From: Trichomonas gallinae
Taxonomy: Eukaryota
Direction of reading: 5' to 3'
DNA length: 20,000 nt
Assembly: GCA_008369845.1 (NCBI GenBank)
Contig: MRSU01001328.1
Span: forward strand, 46,544-66,543
Every line of letters begins with the position of its first letter. Within the stretch, counting starts at the first letter, position 1. Shown here piece by piece: positions 16,908 through 20,000 of the stretch. Position numbers and translations under genes: made by a program. Below the pieces are notes generated by a model that was given only the letters and a program-made list of their open reading frames with translations, did no database searches and was not told where the DNA came from.

Positions 16908-17798
16908 TTACTTGGCATCAGCAATTCTTTGTTTGATGAAAGTAGCGAATTTTCCTGGAACATCTTCAATTCCTCTGAAGCATGGGAAGTAGTTGAAGTC
17001 AACTAAGCAGAGCTTTCCGTCTGACTCTCTTCTAAGGAGGTCGTAACCGATAAGCTGAACGCCAGTCATCTTTCTAAGTGCTTCAGATGATGCTTTGAGT
17101 TCTTCATTTGTCGGTTCGAAAGAAGATGATGAATCTGGAACTGCTCCAGCATCAATCTCTGTTGGTAAAGGCTTCTGAGAATCGAAAACAACTTTATCTT
17201 GTGTTTTGAGAACGAGTGACTTTGATTTGTGCATAACGAAGTTCTCACCCAGTGAATAGCACTTGAAAACAACGCCATGATGTGGGATGAAGGGGAACGC
17301 AAGCATTGGATATGGATTTCCAACAGCACGAAGCTGCTCTTCGTTATGAATGACTTGTATAGAGTGGCTGTTGGATGTTCCGCAGGCTGCAACTGGCTTC
17401 AATAAGAGTGGATAATTGAGGCCAACCTTTTCTGGGACGAATCCTTCTGTTACTGGGTAACCCTTGATGTACTCGATGCAATCTGGTAATGGATTTGCTT
17501 CAATGAAGTTCTGAAGTACAAGACGATCGACGAAAACTTTGATGTTGTCAATTGGCTCAATAACGACAAATCCTGGACGTGATTTTGCGTATTCTTGGAT
17601 CTTGGCTACATCGGCTTCGTGGCCATCGACAAGCTGATATGTGAATTTGTGAATGATAGCGTCGAATGATGATAAATCATCGCCTAATTCAACAGGAACA
17701 AGTTCAATTCCGTGCTTTTCTGGAGTGACTTGGTTAAGATTCATTCTTTCCCACTTGAAAGCAGGCATAAAAACGCCAACACGAAGCATTTTGCTCAT
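16908..17798 (-). CDS. ITPK1: Inositol 1,3,4-trisphosphate 5/6-kinase (ATP-grasp)
   Basis: DAIIHKFT, DR, YPLLLKPVAACGTSNSH, FIPHHGVVFKCYSLG, GYDLL and LVDFNYFP motifs. TCATTT Inr-like element on the minus strand at 17820-17825. Confidence 0.92.
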   Translation of the reverse strand: MSKMLRVGVFMPAFKWERMNLNQVTPEKHGIELVPVELGDDLSSFDAIIHKFTYQLVDGHEADVAKIQEYAKSRPGFVVIEPIDNIKVFVDRLVLQNFIEANPLPDCIEYIKGYPVTEGFVPEKVGLNYPLLLKPVAACGTSNSHSIQVIHNEEQLRAVGNPYPMLAFPFIPHHGVVFKCYSLGENFVMHKSKSLVLKTQDKVVFDSQKPLPTEIDAGAVPDSSSSFEPTNEELKASSEALRKMTGVQLIGYDLLRRESDGKLCLVDFNYFPCFRGIEDVPGKFATFIKQRIADAK

Positions 17799-17906
17799 TG
17801 TTATAAAAATTAAAAAGTTAAATGACCAATTATGATGTGAAAATCATTTTCTATGTGTGCACATCATGAATTTCATATTTTGCTAAAATTTCAAACAAAT
17901 TTTTTC

Positions 17907-17914
17907 TATCGTTA
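17907..17914 (-). promoter_or_regulatory. Myb-recognition-element-like TAACGATA
   Basis: Lies ~109 nt upstream of the ITPK1 ATG, with the same motif and orientation as upstream of the oxidoreductase. Confidence 0.35.
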
Positions 17915-19063
17915 ATTTTTTAAAAAATAATTTTATGAATATGATTAATTTTATAATTTTTCTATGATTTTTCATGTTTAAAGAAAATTTAAAATCAGCA
18001 AATATGATTTATAATATATACTGATGTCAAAAATACGAAAATATTGGTTTCATTATCGATCAACGAAAATTTTATTATGTTATATGATATCATATCTAAA
18101 GAATATGAAATTAGAGATCTGATCTTAGAAAGATGCCGGGTTTCTATAAAAGGGTGTGCGTAATTTTTACAGTCAATAATATATTGGACAATAGATGCGT
18201 AAAGAACATTTACCAGCGTGATATTTGATGATTTTTGTCAATTCCTAAGTATAGTATACTCCAATGGGCTTAACTGCTCTAATTTAGATCAATTGATTAA
18301 ATAAGGATCCAATTTCGCTAATTTTTTACGCTTATATGTTTCTTTGCCATGTAAACTATTGTTTGAATAAAAACAAGCTATATAATGACACTTGAAAGCA
18401 AATAATTCTCCTCAGAATCCAAAAATTAATTATATTTTATGAGACTGTGATGTGAATAGAAGTGATATATTTGGAGAAAACCTTAGTTCGGGGGTTCGTC
18501 ACAAAACTTGTGAATTAATTCGATAAAATTTAATATTTAATGCTTTATATTTTCAAAATCTAATTCTATATTTCGTAATTTTCCTGAAGTGTCAAATTTA
18601 AAATTTTTCAATTTTCTGCAACGTCCAGATATATAGCTGGAGTGATTTGGAGAAACATATTGACAAAAAATATTTCTTTCAAAATTTCTTGTTAACGCAA
18701 AGTTAAATATCATAAATAAGCTGTCTAAAAGGTCAATTTGTTCAAAAATTTTCCAGATTTCGAACTTTTACGGGCGTGATAATGTCTTATAAAAATGCTT
18801 TAAAATATTATTTTTATGTTTATGAGTATTTTCATATTAAATTGCTTTGAAATTTGAAGTAAAAATAATCGTTTCTTGAAAATCGGACTTTTTATGAAAA
18901 ATTTATATAATATCATTAGTTTGATCTATATTTGTAATAATTACGAAATCCAAATTTTATCACAAAAAGAAGAGAAATATAATTCAATTATTTACAATCG
19001 GTTTTTTGATTTCAAAAGATTGTTATCGACCATTGAAATTATTGTGAGAGAAGTGTTAAACCG

Positions 19064-19690
19064 ATGAAAGCTTCGGTAAATAGTTGCAGGGGGAAGAAAT
19101 ACGAGCCTTATTTTGTCACACCGCAGATCAATGGCATATCTATGCAATGTCTGACGAAGAAAGTAAGCGGACAGAGGCATAAATTCACCCCAGCTGAAGA
19201 TGAATTATTGAAATCACTCGTGCAAATGTATGGTGAGTCCAAATGGGCACTTATTGCCGAGAAGATGCAAACAAGATCGCCAAGACAGTGCAGGGAAAGG
19301 TATAAAAATTACTTATCGCCAAAAATTCAAAACGCTCCATGGACACCGGAGGAAGAGAATTTATTAATTCAAAAATACCAACAGCTTGGACCAAAATGGT
19401 CAATTATTTCGGTATTTTTTGCACCAAGATCTGATGTAAATGTTAAAAATCATTGGGCCGTGATGATGAATCGAACACAGAGAGAGAAAAATCTTGCTCA
19501 AACAACAGAGTTGACACGGAAGTGTTCTCCTCCAGTTATCAGCATGAGCCAACAAAATCAAAACCGAAATAAGCCCATTCCTATCCCAATAATCAACGCC
19601 GTTAAAAATAGTTTTGTTGACTCTTGGTATGAGCCAGACTATTTCATTCTTGACGAGGATCCTGAAATCCCACTTATATTTAATTTGTAA
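19064..19690 (+). CDS. R2R3 Myb-like DNA-binding protein
   Basis: KFTPAEDELLKSLV..YG..KWALIA..M.TRSPRQCRERYKNYL and PWTPEEENLL...LGPKWS.I...F..RSDVNVKNHW: two Myb repeats of the type expanded in trichomonads. Confidence 0.95.
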   Translation: MKASVNSCRGKKYEPYFVTPQINGISMQCLTKKVSGQRHKFTPAEDELLKSLVQMYGESKWALIAEKMQTRSPRQCRERYKNYLSPKIQNAPWTPEEENLLIQKYQQLGPKWSIISVFFAPRSDVNVKNHWAVMMNRTQREKNLAQTTELTRKCSPPVISMSQQNQNRNKPIPIPIINAVKNSFVDSWYEPDYFILDEDPEIPLIFNL

Positions 19691-20000
19691 GTTCGAAATA
19701 TTCATTTCAATCTGTAAATATTCGTTATGCCTTTAGTTTGTCTAACTGATGCTATATGTATTTTAACATACTGCCCATTATTATAATAATGACACCAATT
19801 TATTAATCTTTTGATGCGGCAAAACTATAAATTTGGAGTAAAATATACATTACAAAGTAATGCATAGTATGTTTTTACAATGCTCAATGCTCAACTCTGT
19901 TGATATCCAATCTCAGTAATAAGTAGTATATGTATGGGGGTTATTTGCCAAAATTTGCAAATGCCTCTATGACCCCATTTTTGAAGGATTTAAGTCAATA

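Noticed and set aside
18876..19180. Short ORFs upstream of or overlapping the Myb start
   Set aside because: AT-rich intergenic composition and no recognisable protein features.

Overview
AT-rich, gene-dense, apparently intron-less eukaryotic DNA that looks parabasalid (Trichomonas-like). This is inferred from a BspA-like LRR gene, an R2R3-Myb, TCA(T/C)TT initiator elements close to ATGs, TAAA overlapping stop codons and a bacterial-type oxidoreductase. There are 13 protein-coding loci: a 3'-truncated BBS7-like gene missed by the ORF track, a minimal EF1-beta, an ARM-like protein, a single-pass membrane protein, a Gfo/Idh/MocA oxidoreductase, two paralogous GGAI-motif Cys/Asn-rich proteins, a coiled-coil/acidic-repeat protein, a BspA-like LRR, a large RNI/CARMIL-like LRR, an N-acylated pseudo-GTPase-like protein, an ITPK1-family kinase and a Myb. 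The most notable signals are three. (i) Two unrelated surface-type genes have a hydrophobic leader in a short ORF ending in TGA-C that needs a +1 shift to join the main frame. (ii) A degenerate ~110-bp tandem array of paired TGNCATGTAA/TGCCATGAAA motifs lies between BBS7 and EF1-beta. (iii) A TGTCA(AAATTTT) motif recurs at gene 5' ends. No rRNA, tRNA, CRISPR or transposase was recognised. All family calls come from motif recognition by eye, not database searches.
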